A program made the position numbers and the translations under genes. The notes below the pieces were generated by a model. The model was not told where the DNA came from, ran no database searches, and worked only from the letters and a program-made list of their open reading frames with translations. A DNA stretch of 64,000 bases, from positions 252,474 to 316,473 of IMG/VR virus record IMGVR_UViG_3300023199_000204; one strand, given 5' to 3'. Positions 1 through 10,589 of the stretch are shown here, piece after piece (positions within the stretch are counted from its first letter, which is position 1; each line of letters starts with the position of its first letter).

Positions 1-717
1 CTTTAAATACTATAAAGGCATTGAAAGAAGATGAGCAGATTGTTAAGTATCTAAAGTGGGTTAAGAAAAAACCTGTGAGGGTGGTACATAAAGCAAAAAG
101 GTCTAACAAAACAAAGAAAAGAGATAGGCGAGGATAAAAAAAGTAATTTTGGTTATGATGATTTTAATGGGCTCTGTTAGTATATCTTATGCTCAAAAAA
201 TTGATTTAAATAAAATATGTAAGAAAACTAACAAAAAGCTTATTATATCTAAAGCGGGAATGTTTTTAAAAATAGAGCTTTTAAAATGTATTCCAGGCGA
301 CATTGTTGCTGCTAGAACTAATGTTCCACTAGATATTAAAACTCTACAATTGGTAGATAGAATAACTAAAAAGTGGGCGAAACATAATAAAATTAAAAAG
401 TTAAGTATGACCTATCTAACTACCACTAAAGTAGAAAAAAAAGATAATAATATACATTATTTATACCAACTTAGTTAAAAAAACAAAACATAAGATATAT
501 TATATTTAATTACTACTAATAATTTAGCATACTCATCGAAATGATATACAAAATTATGGAGGTGTGATATGGCATTTGTATTAGGTCTTTTACTAGGAGC
601 TGTAGTTAGTCCTCCACTTTACCTATTAGGAAAGTGGGGCTACGGAAAATTGAAAGAGAAATTTTCAAAGGAATAATAAAGATGGGGCTTTAGCCCCTAT
701 TTAATTTTGAGGTTTAA

Positions 718-996
718 ATGAAATTTGAAGAAGAAATATCCCAAGTTATAGATGACTTAATAAATCCAGCGTTAAGCGCACACGGCGGGTTTATTGAGCT
801 TGAATACATAGATGGGTATGATGTTTATATAAGAATGGGTGGTGGTTGCCAAGGTTGTGCTGCTTCTAAATATACTTTAAAATCTGGTATAGAAACTCTA
901 TTAAGAGAAGAAGTAGATGGGATCAATTCTATAATAGATGTTACTGATCACGAAGCAGGACTTAGTCCCTATTACTTTAAATTTGAAGAGGAATAA
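718..996 (+). CDS. NifU/NfuA C-terminal domain protein (Fe-S cluster carrier)
   Basis: INPALSAHGGFIEL...MGGGCQGC with the NifU-C CxxC motif. Confidence 0.85.
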   Translation: MKFEEEISQVIDDLINPALSAHGGFIELEYIDGYDVYIRMGGGCQGCAASKYTLKSGIETLLREEVDGINSIIDVTDHEAGLSPYYFKFEEE

Positions 997-1362
997 TGAA
1001 GATATTTTTTGATTGGAAACTCGTTGCTCCCATCTTAACTGCCGCGAGTACCGCAGTTATTGGAGGAATAAAACTTCTTCAATGGGAGAAAGAACAGAAG
1101 CAGAAAAGAAAACAATGGGAGTTTGAACAGAAAAGAAAATTTGATCAGTGGAAAACTGAATTTGAAAATAAGAATAGACAGTGGGAAAAAGACTTTGAAA
1201 TTAAAATCAATAAACTCAAATCATAATCCTAAAAAAACTAGAAGTTGTATTTATTGTCCATTTCCAGTTATAAAAGGAAAATTAATTTGTCATTGGTGTT
1301 TTAGTGAATTTATACTAGAGATAAAATATAATTTAATATGGGAAAGAAAATGGAGAAAATAG

Positions 1363-2358
1363 ATGATTGCTACTATTACTAAAGTAGATATGGTTGTGGA
1401 TTTGGATCACGGAGATTGCGGAAAAGGAAAGATAAGTCACTGTTTGCTTTCCGAAAAAAAATATAATTATGTTTGTAAAGCTTCTGGTGGGAACAATGCT
1501 GGTCATACTATCTATCATAATAATGAGAAGTTTATAACCCATTATTCTCCGTCTGGAGTATTTAAGAATATTAATTCAGTAATATGTTCAGGATGTGTTG
1601 TACATCCTGAATCGTTTTTAGAGGAAGTTGGAAATTTAGTTTCACGAGGAATTCCTGCTGATAAGTTATTGAAAATTGCTTATAATGCTCATTTAGTAAC
1701 TGATGAACATATAAAAGAAGATGTTGAAAATAATGTAGTTGGCAGTACTGGCAAAGGAATAGCACCAGCTTATAGAGATAAATATAATAGAACTGGACAC
1801 CGAGTAGAAAAGTCTAAGCTTCTTCAACCATTTTTATTTGATCCTATTATCTTACACAAGGCATCTAGAATTTTAGTTGAGGGTTCTCAAGGAATGTGGT
1901 TGTGTCCTGATCACGGAGATTACCCTTATGTTACATCTAGTCCTCCTACTTCTTCTTACGCTCTACATTCTTTGGGCATGGCTCCAAGGAACGTAGGAGA
2001 GGTAATAGGAGTGTGTAAGCCATATTCAACATATGTTGGAACAAAAGATTTTCAACCAGATGGCAACATATATAAACAAATTCAAGATGTTGGAAAAGAA
2101 TTTGGAGCCACGACTGGTCGTATGAGACAAGTTCGAGAACTAAATCTATTAAAATTATATAAAGCAGCTCAAATTAATGGAGTAGATTATATAGTAATAA
2201 ACAAGATGGATGTGTTAAGAGAAGTCAATTATTGGAAATTATTAATAGACAAGGATAAACTTATTGACCGAAAAAATGAAGATAGTTTTAAAGAATACAT
2301 AGTACAGTATATGAACAAATTTGAAATAAAATTCTCATATAGTCCTAATAAGATATGA
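1363..2358 (+). CDS. purA: Adenylosuccinate synthetase (short PurA type)
   Basis: GDCGKGK P-loop, GGNNAGHT, EGSQG, YPYVTSS, EFGATTGRMR and NKMD motifs. Confidence 0.9.
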   Translation: MIATITKVDMVVDLDHGDCGKGKISHCLLSEKKYNYVCKASGGNNAGHTIYHNNEKFITHYSPSGVFKNINSVICSGCVVHPESFLEEVGNLVSRGIPADKLLKIAYNAHLVTDEHIKEDVENNVVGSTGKGIAPAYRDKYNRTGHRVEKSKLLQPFLFDPIILHKASRILVEGSQGMWLCPDHGDYPYVTSSPPTSSYALHSLGMAPRNVGEVIGVCKPYSTYVGTKDFQPDGNIYKQIQDVGKEFGATTGRMRQVRELNLLKLYKAAQINGVDYIVINKMDVLREVNYWKLLIDKDKLIDRKNEDSFKEYIVQYMNKFEIKFSYSPNKI

Positions 2359-2361
2359 TCT

Positions 2362-2406
2362 ATACGTGCGTGCGTGAATTTTGATTTTTCGGCATCGACG
2401 ATTTTA
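2362..2406 (+). repeat. Dispersed motif copy 1 (ATACGTGCG..TGAAWTTT..CGACGATTTTA)
   Basis: CG-rich intergenic motif that recurs at 39522-39562. Confidence 0.6.
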
Positions 2407-2467
2407 TGTCCTGTTGAAGTTTTAAAATGTCGACATAATTCTTATAAAATAATAATGGTTAAAAGAT

Positions 2468-3109
2468 ATGGGAAAATTCAAAGGTCCTGACTGGGCTCGT
2501 AATATAGGGGGAGCAGTCTCTGCCAATAAGCAAAGAAAGGAGGCTATCCGTAAATATTATGAAAATCCTAATATATGTTTCAATTGTTTAAAAACAATTG
2601 AAGTGGGATCAAATAAAGTAAAAAACGTTAGACAAAAGAAATTTTGTAATAATTCTTGTTCAGCTTCATTTAATAACAAATATAGAAAAGTTAATAAATG
2701 GGCAAAAAAGAAATTATGTAAATATTGTGAAAAAGAAACCCCAACTAAAGATTCAACAACTTGTGTGGATTACAATCCAAATAAAATAGATTGGACAGTT
2801 ATAACAATAAAAGAACTTAAGGAAAGATATAATTCTAAACCTAAGTTTTACTTTCAAGGGAGAATAAGGTTATTATCAAGAAATGTTTATAAAAATTCAG
2901 GACTGCCAAATTATTGTGTAAATTGTAAATATGAATTACAATATGATGTTTGTCACATTAAATCAATTAAAGATTTTTCAGAAGAAGCTAGAATTTCCGA
3001 AGTTAATAATATTAATAATTTAATTGCATTATGTAAAAGATGCCATTGGGAATTTGATAATGGTTATTTAAAATTGGAAAAAATTACGGGAAGAGTGTCG
3101 GAAGATTAA
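2468..3109 (+). CDS. HNH endonuclease with Zn-finger motifs
   Basis: CxxC motifs and DVCHIK...NNINNLIALCKRCHWEFD; 3' end runs into a tRNA-like gene. Confidence 0.8.
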   Translation: MGKFKGPDWARNIGGAVSANKQRKEAIRKYYENPNICFNCLKTIEVGSNKVKNVRQKKFCNNSCSASFNNKYRKVNKWAKKKLCKYCEKETPTKDSTTCVDYNPNKIDWTVITIKELKERYNSKPKFYFQGRIRLLSRNVYKNSGLPNYCVNCKYELQYDVCHIKSIKDFSEEARISEVNNINNLIALCKRCHWEFDNGYLKLEKITGRVSED

Positions 3110-3183
3110 GCTTGAATAAGTTTAATCGTCTTGGACAGGCATCATAAGCTTGGCTTTCACAGGTTTGATTTCCGCCCCCGTTA
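3085..3183 (+). pseudogene. Degenerate tRNA-Met(CAT)-like gene with an extra hairpin in the D region
   Basis: CAGGC-ATCATAA-GCTTG anticodon arm, ACGGG/CCCGT acceptor remnant, poor T arm. Confidence 0.5.
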
Positions 3184-3186
3184 TTT

Positions 3187-3286
3187 GGAGCAGTAAAAGA
3201 GTTAGTAGAACAGCTCGGAACGAGAAACGAAAGCTCAGCCTTCTTAGGAAGTGTGGAAAATGTAGGTTCGAGTCCTACCTGCTCCG
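3187..3286 (+). ncRNA. Non-canonical tRNA-like RNA (100 nt)
   Basis: Perfect GGAGCAG/CTGCTCC acceptor and GTAGG-TTCGAGT-CCTAC T arm; no canonical anticodon arm. Confidence 0.65.
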
Positions 3287-3779
3287 CAAAGGACAAGGGA
3301 ATCATAGAGGAGGCTTCTATGAAACATTTAAATCAAGAAAAAATGAAAGTTGTTAGTTTAGAAACTAATGGTAAGAACAAAGAAGTTATTTCTAAAGAGC
3401 GAGACTTTGGTGCCCGAATAGGGGCTATTATATCTTATGTAGATTGGAAACCTATATCAAAATTAGTCAATAGAATGTTAGGAAAAATAAATGGCATTAC
3501 AAAATCCAAGTCATAAATTATACGAAGAAATGTATAATAAAAAAGAGCATATAAAAAACTATGCTAAGTCAATATCAAGATATTTTGGATTAGGATTTTC
3601 TTTATATGGCATATTAGATAATCCTAATAGACTTGTATATGATTTAGATTTACATTTAACGGCTTTAAGTGAAGAAAAAGTTCTATTCATAGTAGATTTA
3701 ATATCTGAAAAATTAGGAGATTTTCTAGCCTCCCCAGACAAAGAGGCAGAAAAGAAATAAAAAAGAGAAATATAAAAGT

Positions 3780-3851
3780 AGGGCACGCTCGGGGTAAGCT
3801 GGCTGGTCTCCAAAACCGACTGAATGCTGGGTTCGAGTCCCAGGTGCCCTG
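3780..3851 (+). tRNA. tRNA-Trp(CCA)
   Basis: AGGGCAC/GTGCCCT acceptor, CTCCAAA loop, canonical T arm, short D arm. Confidence 0.85.
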
Positions 3852-5293
3852 AAAAGGAATGTTAGAATGCTTATAAAAACACTGTTTAAAGATCCACATC
3901 AATTTGTTTTAAATATATTAAGAGATCATAATTTTAAAGAAATGGATAAAAGTGATGCTCATAGCTACCAAAATTTTAAATGTTGTAGATCATTTAAAAA
4001 AAATAATATAATCGTTAAAATATGTGATGCTGTTAAAGAACTTTCTATATTGGCAGTGGCAGAGGGCAAATGTAGTGAGTATGTTTCTTACTTTAATAGG
4101 AACTTTTATTCAAACGTAAAGCAGTTAATAAATAAATATGAAAATTTTTAATATAAACTCTAACGCCTCTATTTTAGGATATAATAAAGCGGTGTCTATC
4201 GCAAAACAATACGGATTTTATTTGTCTTCTAAGACATTGTGTTGTAATACTTTCGTTAATATTTATACTTATGAAATAGTTAAAATCTGCGAAGGTTTTG
4301 TCGAAGCATTCTTTATAAATCCTAGAAATGATCAATATTATCTCGATGATAAAGATTCATTTAAATCTTTTGAAGAAGAACTTAAAAAAAGAGGATTTGT
4401 AAATGAAAGTTAGTTCGCTTAATACATCTTCTTTTTATCCATCTATAACATCTAATGGTATAAAAAATACTAGAAGACTATTAACTAGCTTTGGTTTTAA
4501 AAGAAATGAATACGTATTAATGGTAAGTGGTGAAGAGTGGGAGTATAACTATCGCGGCCTGAGAAAATTTGCGTTTCTATATTATAATCCTCTTATAGAA
4601 TTGAAAATTATGAAGCGTACATTCTACATTATGAAATTTGAAGAAAGATTAAATCTTGTTAAGTATTTAAGAGAAAGTTATGTTTAGATATTCAAATAAA
4701 GAACTTAAGTCTTTAATTGAAACAGAAGGGTTTTGGAAAATAATTGGTCTAATAGATATAGATACAATATCTAATAATAAAGTTAAGAAACTTATTTTAA
4801 AAATGAAAAAGCTTGAAAATAATATTTATAGAAAACTGAATGAAAATTAAAAAAATAGAAGCAGATAAGCAAATTATAATAGATGTTAGAAAAAAATTAT
4901 TAAGTCTTGGTTTAAAGAGAATTAAAAATTCCCCCAGCGAGCCTCCTTTTTCAAAAGAAATATGGGAAGGTGGAATTTATCTTTATAAAGATCCACCAGA
5001 TCTTCTGGTATTTGAAGCTCTATTTTATAGAATTAATATACCAGAAGAACTACAACAAGCTTATATTCATTTAGAAAAGGTGTTTAAATAATGAAAATTT
5101 ATATTGTTAAAGATATAATAAAAATATATGGAAAATCATTTAATACAATTAAAAATTTCACTAGTAAAAAAATGGAAAATTTATAAAGGAACTCTTAAAT
5201 TAATATGACATTTAGAATTGGAGATATATATCGAACAGAATCTATTCCAAGATATATTGTCGTCTCTTCAGAGTTCTGTTTAATATAGAATAT

Positions 5294-5680
5294 ATGAACG
5301 AATCTATCGCACCATTTGAAATCAATAAGCCACGCTGGAGATTTGATCATTGGCACGCAAATTATGAAGTTTCGATAAATAGATATTTATATACTGTTAA
5401 AGATTTTGATAAAAGAAGAGAACTTAAAATAAAAGCAAAGGAACTTCTTGGTGAAAGATTATATCTTTATCACTTTGACAATAATTTTTATAAACAGAGT
5501 GTTAAATATGAAAAATTTGCTTTGGAATTTAATTCCAAATTTAATAATCTTAAAATAGATTATAATATTATATCAGAAGAATATGAAGTAAAAAGAAAGT
5601 TTTCATTGAAGAATGAAGATGAAGTAAATGTTTTTTCAGACTATCTGTCTGAATTTGGTGTAATAGAAGAGGCAGAATAA
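5294..5680 (+). CDS. Hypothetical protein, paralog family with 7772..8164 and 8130..8522
   Basis: Shared C-terminal DYLxxFGxxE motif. Confidence 0.6.
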   Translation: MNESIAPFEINKPRWRFDHWHANYEVSINRYLYTVKDFDKRRELKIKAKELLGERLYLYHFDNNFYKQSVKYEKFALEFNSKFNNLKIDYNIISEEYEVKRKFSLKNEDEVNVFSDYLSEFGVIEEAE

Positions 5681-6811
5681 AAGGAAGTAAGTATGGAATT
5701 ATCACCATTAGAGCTAGTATTTTTAGTACCTCTTATTGTTGCGGTGGGTTGGTTCATAGTAACTAATTTATTTATGGGAGGTTTCGCAGATTACAAAACA
5801 AGGAGTACATCATTTTATCGAAGAGGCTTAGGAGGCAGTATTAGAAGGACTCCTGCTCCTGTTAATGGAGGATAGAATAAAAATATTCATATTATGACAA
5901 AAGAAGAACTAGCAAATAAGTATTTAGAATTAATGGAATTTAAAAACAATATGACAGTTAATTTAATTAATATGCTCCTTGTAATTCACGAAGGCAATTT
6001 AAGCTCTGAAGGTGCGGAGAAAATAATTAAGTTAGCTAATATTGATTCTTTGGTAAATAGATTTAAGAATCACGTATTAGAGACTTTTACAGAGGAAGAA
6101 ATAGAAAAATTAGTAAAATTTTCTGAGGACCCTTTGTATAAAAAAGTAATTTCAAATGAGTATCTTGAATCATTACAAAAACTTTCTGTAGATTGGTGGA
6201 TTAATCAATACTCAGGATTAAATGATGAAGTAAATAAGATCTTAATGGAAGAAAGGAGCAACAAAATATGTTTGAATTAGTTGTAGGAACGGGGCTACTT
6301 GCTGCAGGATGGTTTGCCAGAAAGTATTTCTCTGAAAAGAAAAAACGCAGATAATGTTTCCTCATACTATATTCTTATCGGAAGATAGAAATGTTGATGA
6401 TGATATAGATCTCATTTTTAATATTGTGAATAACTTGGTAAAGGCAGAGCAATGGGACACGATTAGTGATTATTTTCAAGCTATAGTTGAAAAAGATTAT
6501 TACAAACAAACTCAAACTCACGGTGCTCAATTGATGGCTTTTTTGGCAACAACAAGAATGTTTAAAAAAGAAATAGGTCATTGGAGAAAAGTTATGAAGA
6601 AGAAAGTAAAAAAGCTTTTTAAAAAAGAAAATAAAAATATAACAGAAAAGATTGTTGAAGAAATATAATGCCCATTGTTGAAAATCAGCCAGTAGGTCAA
6701 TGTGAAATTTGTGATAAATTGTGGCTATATGAAACCTTTTCTGAAAAATGCGAAGTGTGTATGGGAGTATTTTGTAAAACACATCTTAAAAAGAGGAAGA
6801 TACTATAACGA

Positions 6812-7459
6812 ATGAGGAAAAATATGAAGCTGGTTTTAGGGTCGCGGAATCCAGGTAAATTGGTAGAGCTTAAAGAACTCTTCAATATTGAGGGATTAGA
6901 ATTGGTTCCCATAACTGATTTTAATGTTCCAGACGTTGAGGAAACAGGCTCAACATTTGCTTCTAATGCTGTATTAAAGGCAAGATATGCTGCTGTTAAA
7001 ACAGGGATTCCTGCTATTGCTGATGATTCTGGTATGGAAATATATGTTCTAAACGATTTTCCAGGAATATATTCAGCAAGATGTGCTGGTGAAGACGCAA
7101 CTGATGAAGAAAAAAAGAATTTTATTTTGGAAAAAATGAAAGGCATTCAAGACAGGAAAGCACGATTTGTGTGTGTGATGGCGTATTGTGAACCTGACAA
7201 TAATATTCCAACTTATTTTACTGGAACTGTAGAAGGAGAAATTCTAACTTTTGCTTTAGGGAAATCAAAGCCAAATCTTCAATATGATAGTATTTTTTAT
7301 TATGAGCCCGCTAAGCAATCATTTGCTATGATGCCAGAAGATGAAAAAAATAAAGTTAGTCATAGAAGCAGAGCGTCAAAAAGTATGAGAAAGTTTCTTG
7401 AAGAGAAAATTAAATCTAAATTTAGGAGAGAATACTCCATTATTAATGAAGAGGGCTAA
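6812..7459 (+). CDS. rdgB: Non-canonical purine NTP pyrophosphatase (RdgB/HAM1)
   Basis: SRNPGK, EETGSTF..NA.LKA, ADDSG, PGIYSAR, KNKVSHR motifs. Confidence 0.92.
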   Translation: MRKNMKLVLGSRNPGKLVELKELFNIEGLELVPITDFNVPDVEETGSTFASNAVLKARYAAVKTGIPAIADDSGMEIYVLNDFPGIYSARCAGEDATDEEKKNFILEKMKGIQDRKARFVCVMAYCEPDNNIPTYFTGTVEGEILTFALGKSKPNLQYDSIFYYEPAKQSFAMMPEDEKNKVSHRSRASKSMRKFLEEKIKSKFRREYSIINEEG

Positions 7460-7771
7460 ATGGATATTATATCAGATATTGTTGTGTGTTATTAATCATT
7501 AGCAGTACTAGCTAATATTATTAGTTTTTTTTGGATGGACTGGTGGTGATGTTTCTAACCAAGCTTTAGCAAAAATATTTTTGGGGACCTTGTGTCCATT
7601 AGTAGGTTTGTATTTTGTTTGGAAAGTAGCATTTTCAGAATGATATATGTATTAGGAACTATATTCTTTTTACTTTTTATAGTTATGATAATAGCTTTAA
7701 TTAAGCTAAGTATTGATTAATATGAAATATAATGAAAGATTTAATTTCACAGGGCATATACTAAATTTTAA

Positions 7772-8164
7772 TTGTTTTTTTCTACGCAAAAAAAAGAAAA
7801 AAAAATGGAAGGAATGGACAGATATAATCAGGTTTATTCTTCTTTTTTTAAGAAGGATGAATACATAATTTTTTCAGCTTATTGCTCAAACTACAAGTAT
7901 TTAGCTATTAAATGTGATGAAGAACTTACTAAAATTAGTGAAGAAGAAGTTAGTTGTAATAAATGTAAAAAATTTTATCACATATATGATAGATTGCTAA
8001 CCGCTCGTAATAATTATAAAAATGTTAAAATAATTTATGATAAAAATAAGGAAAGATATACTTTAAGACTTTCCTATAAGGCTAAGGATTTTGATAGAAT
8101 TGAAGTTCTTCTAGATTATTTAAAGGAGTTTGGGGCAATTGAAGAAAAAAAATCCAACTCATAA
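7772..8164 (+). CDS. Hypothetical protein (paralog family)
   Basis: VSCNKC and DYLKEFGAIEE shared with neighbours. Confidence 0.55.
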   Translation: MFFSTQKKEKKMEGMDRYNQVYSSFFKKDEYIIFSAYCSNYKYLAIKCDEELTKISEEEVSCNKCKKFYHIYDRLLTARNNYKNVKIIYDKNKERYTLRLSYKAKDFDRIEVLLDYLKEFGAIEEKKSNS

Positions 8165-8522
8165 AGAGTTTGTAAAGAAAATTAAGGATGTTCATCTCCT
8201 TAATAGAACAAGGAAATTTCAAGCGAACTGGCGATATCCACAGAATTGTAAATATAAAACATTTTGTAATAAGAAATATCTTGTCCCAAATTCATCTTTA
8301 AGCACACAGGATGTCGACAAAGTCACTTGTAAAGACTGTCTTAAATATATAGATAAGTTTAATTTTGTGGAAGAAATAATTAAAAATTATAAAAATGTTC
8401 GCTTTGATAATAAGAAGGGAGATGAATATAGTATTATTGTTAAATGTAAATTTAAAAATATGGAAAATGTTAGAGTATTTGTAGATTATCTGTCTGATTT
8501 CGGAGTGTTAGAAGTAAAGTAA
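8130..8522 (+). CDS. Hypothetical protein (paralog family)
   Basis: VTCKDC and DYLSDFGVLE shared with neighbours. Confidence 0.55.
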   Translation: MGQLKKKNPTHKEFVKKIKDVHLLNRTRKFQANWRYPQNCKYKTFCNKKYLVPNSSLSTQDVDKVTCKDCLKYIDKFNFVEEIIKNYKNVRFDNKKGDEYSIIVKCKFKNMENVRVFVDYLSDFGVLEVK

Positions 8523-8528
8523 ATATTA

Positions 8529-8603
8529 CTGGGCGTGTTCTAGTCTGGCTAAGATTCCTCATTTGGAATGAGGAGATCGTAGGTTCAAATCCTGCCGCCC
8601 AGA
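8529..8603 (+). tRNA. tRNA-Pro(TGG)
   Basis: CTGGGCG/CGCCCAG acceptor, CCTCA-TTTGGAA-TGAGG. Confidence 0.92.
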
Positions 8604-8637
8604 TTAAAGTAGCTTGTTTAACAAGTAGAGGTTAGTT

Positions 8638-9027
8638 ATGAAAACATTGGTAGTTAATGTTCGCGACAAAAACTATGATGTATATATTGGTAGAGAAGGC
8701 CGAGGCGAAACAGGTTACTTTGGTAATCCTGTAATAAGAGGTAAGGTCTGCACAGTGTGTGGAAATGTACATCCCAATAGAGGCAGCACGCTGCCTTGTT
8801 ATGAGAAATACGCACGCGAGCGACTATCTGATGATGCTGATTTTTGTTCTGCCGTACGCAAACTTAGGGGCAGAGCGCTCGGATGTTTTTGTGCGGGTAA
8901 CAAGGTTCTAACAAAAGACGACCACCCTCACTGTTGCCATGGTCAGGTATTAGCAGAATTAGCCGAGGAGCTAGAGGCTGCTGTAGAAAAGTTTGTAGAA
9001 CTTGGTGGACTTGATGAAACACCTTAA
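8638..9027 (+). CDS. DUF4326-like protein
   Basis: YDVYIGR, FGNP, LRGRALGCFC and CHGQVL motifs. Confidence 0.75.
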   Translation: MKTLVVNVRDKNYDVYIGREGRGETGYFGNPVIRGKVCTVCGNVHPNRGSTLPCYEKYARERLSDDADFCSAVRKLRGRALGCFCAGNKVLTKDDHPHCCHGQVLAELAEELEAAVEKFVELGGLDETP

Positions 9028-9513
9028 GGAGATTATATGGAAAAAGTAGAACTAGACCTACCAAAGCTGGTTGAAGCTGATGATTATCACGAATTTAAAT
9101 GGCTAGAAAAACATCTTCAAAAGTTAAATAAAGAATTATATGTTGAAGAATTGACTCCATATTATGAAACAATAGACTATATAGCTATCATCTATTATAA
9201 AAACAAAGATGCTAAATATCATCAGTTAAAAGCAAGTGTTGAAATGGAAGTTAATAGTGGATAAATTTATTTTAAAAAATTTGAAAGAAATTAAAAGATC
9301 TTTAATAAAGGACCAAGAATTTACTATAAAAGTATCCGAAGAAGCAATTCACCTAATAGATGAAATTTTAAAAAATAAGGCATTGTTCAAAAGACAAACA
9401 AGAAAATTGCTAAATAGACTTGAAAAATTAGATAATTGTGTAGATATTGGAGAAATGATATATTATCAAGATTATAGTTAAAAATCTATCAATTAAATTA
9501 TATTAGGATTACT

Positions 9514-9609
9514 ATGATTGTTTTTAATCTAAACCTATCAAATTTAGAACACGCCCATAGCGAAGAGCACGGACTCTCTTCAGCGGCAGGGAGAGGTGTA
9601 ACTATTTAA
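9514..9609 (+). CDS. Putative attenuator leader peptide 1 (MIVFNLNLSNLEHAHSEEHGLSSAAGRGVTI)
   Basis: AGGA RBS, 31-codon ORF not in the ORF track, directly upstream of antiterminator/terminator. Confidence 0.7.
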   Translation: MIVFNLNLSNLEHAHSEEHGLSSAAGRGVTI

Positions 9610-9611
9610 TA

Positions 9612-9667
9612 GGTCTGGGATTATAATATTTTACGAAGCCTGGGCCATTTGGTCTGGGCTTTTTTTA
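9612..9667 (+). promoter_or_regulatory. Attenuator 1: antiterminator GGTCTGGG (9612-9619) and intrinsic terminator (9636-9667)
   Basis: AAGCCTGGGCC-ATTT-GGTCTGGGCTT plus T run; GGTCTGGG is duplicated just after the leader stop and can pair with the 5' arm. Confidence 0.75.
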
Positions 9668-10154
9668 TTATGAGAAAGAGGCTAAATGAATAAATTAAGT
9701 ACCGCTACCAAAATGGATGAAGTTATGATAAAACTCCTTGACGGCATAACTTTTGAAGGAACAGATATAACGAACGATCAATATAAAAATTTACTCAAAT
9801 ACTATGAATATGATTTAGATCATTCAGATACTATGTCTAAACTGTCTGCTAAATTGACAGATGAAAAATATGAAAAAGAATGTAGCGAATGGGAAGAAGA
9901 AGAAGCAAGTAATAATATATATTATAATGTTCCTAAACAAAAAAAACCTGATATAGAGAATATTTTAAAAGAAACAAAAAGGTTTTATGAGGCAGGAAAT
10001 ATAAAAAATATAATGAGAGAGGCGAGTCACGACGGACGTAGAATTATGGCTTTCATATCAAAGTTTCTTGAAAAAGGAGAAGACCCTGTTAAATTAATAG
10101 CAGAGTGTATGAGTCAAGTGGGATTTGATGTTCAGTTAGAAGAGTAAATTAAAA

Positions 10155-10229
10155 GCTCCTGAGAGCCATTAGGAAGGCTATCAGATTTCCAATCTGACTA
10201 TCGTGCGGGTTCGAATCCCGTCAGGAGCT
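10155..10229 (+). tRNA. tRNA-Gly(TCC)
   Basis: GCTCCTG/CAGGAGC, TCAGA-TTTCCAA-TCTGA, U73. Confidence 0.88.
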
Positions 10230-10233
10230 TTAT

Positions 10234-10305
10234 GGTGGATATGGTGTAATGGTAGCACAAAACACTGTGAATGTTTAGGAGAGGGTTCGTATCCCTCTAT
10301 CCACC
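10234..10305 (+). tRNA. tRNA-His(GTG)
   Basis: G-1:C73, GTGGATA/TATCCAC, CTGTGAA loop. Confidence 0.92.
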
Positions 10306-10356
10306 CTCGTTGAAGTCCCTTTGACTATAAACGTAAGGAGTGACGACCTTACATTT

Positions 10357-10430
10357 GCGACTGTAGCTCAATTTGGTAGAGCACTACATTGCCAATGTAG
10401 AGGTTGTGGGTTCAAGTCCCATCAGTTGCT
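10357..10430 (+). tRNA. tRNA-Gly(GCC)
   Basis: GCGACTG/CAGTTGC, CTACA-TTGCCAA-TGTAG. Confidence 0.92.
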
Positions 10431-10494
10431 TAAAGTTGTGAGTTTGAACACAGGCTCTTTACCCTTAAAATCCTAAGGGGCTCATAACTTTTTT

Positions 10495-10584
10495 GGGAGA
10501 GTGGCAGAGTCTGGCTTATTGCGTTGGTTTTGAAAATCAAAGAGTACTGAAAGGTCTCCGGGGGTTCAGATCCCTCCTCTTCCG
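10495..10584 (+). tRNA. tRNA-Ser(TGA)
   Basis: TTTGAAA loop, long variable arm, G73. Confidence 0.9.
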
Positions 10585-10589
10585 TTTAT

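Noticed and set aside
510-530. TACTAATA phage promoter motif (also near 50098 and 61953)
   Set aside because: Too short and AT-rich to support without a genome-wide enrichment test.
569-710. Third leader-attenuator for the Met/Trp/Pro tRNAs
   Set aside because: The ORF (MAFVLGLLLG...) looks like a small membrane protein, lacks the MxxFNLxL start, and no convincing antiterminator was found for the GGGGCT/AGCCCC hairpin.
1363-2358. PurZ (Z-genome) gene
   Set aside because: The P-loop has the PurA catalytic Asp (GDCGKGK), not the Ser of PurZ, and no dATPase partner is evident.
3084-3356. Short ORFs overlapping tRNAs or on the minus strand (for example 3084..3305, 3150..3356, 18348..18548, 24431..24613, 24736..24954)
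   Set aside because: Shadow ORFs of RNA genes or of plus-strand genes, without recognisable motifs.
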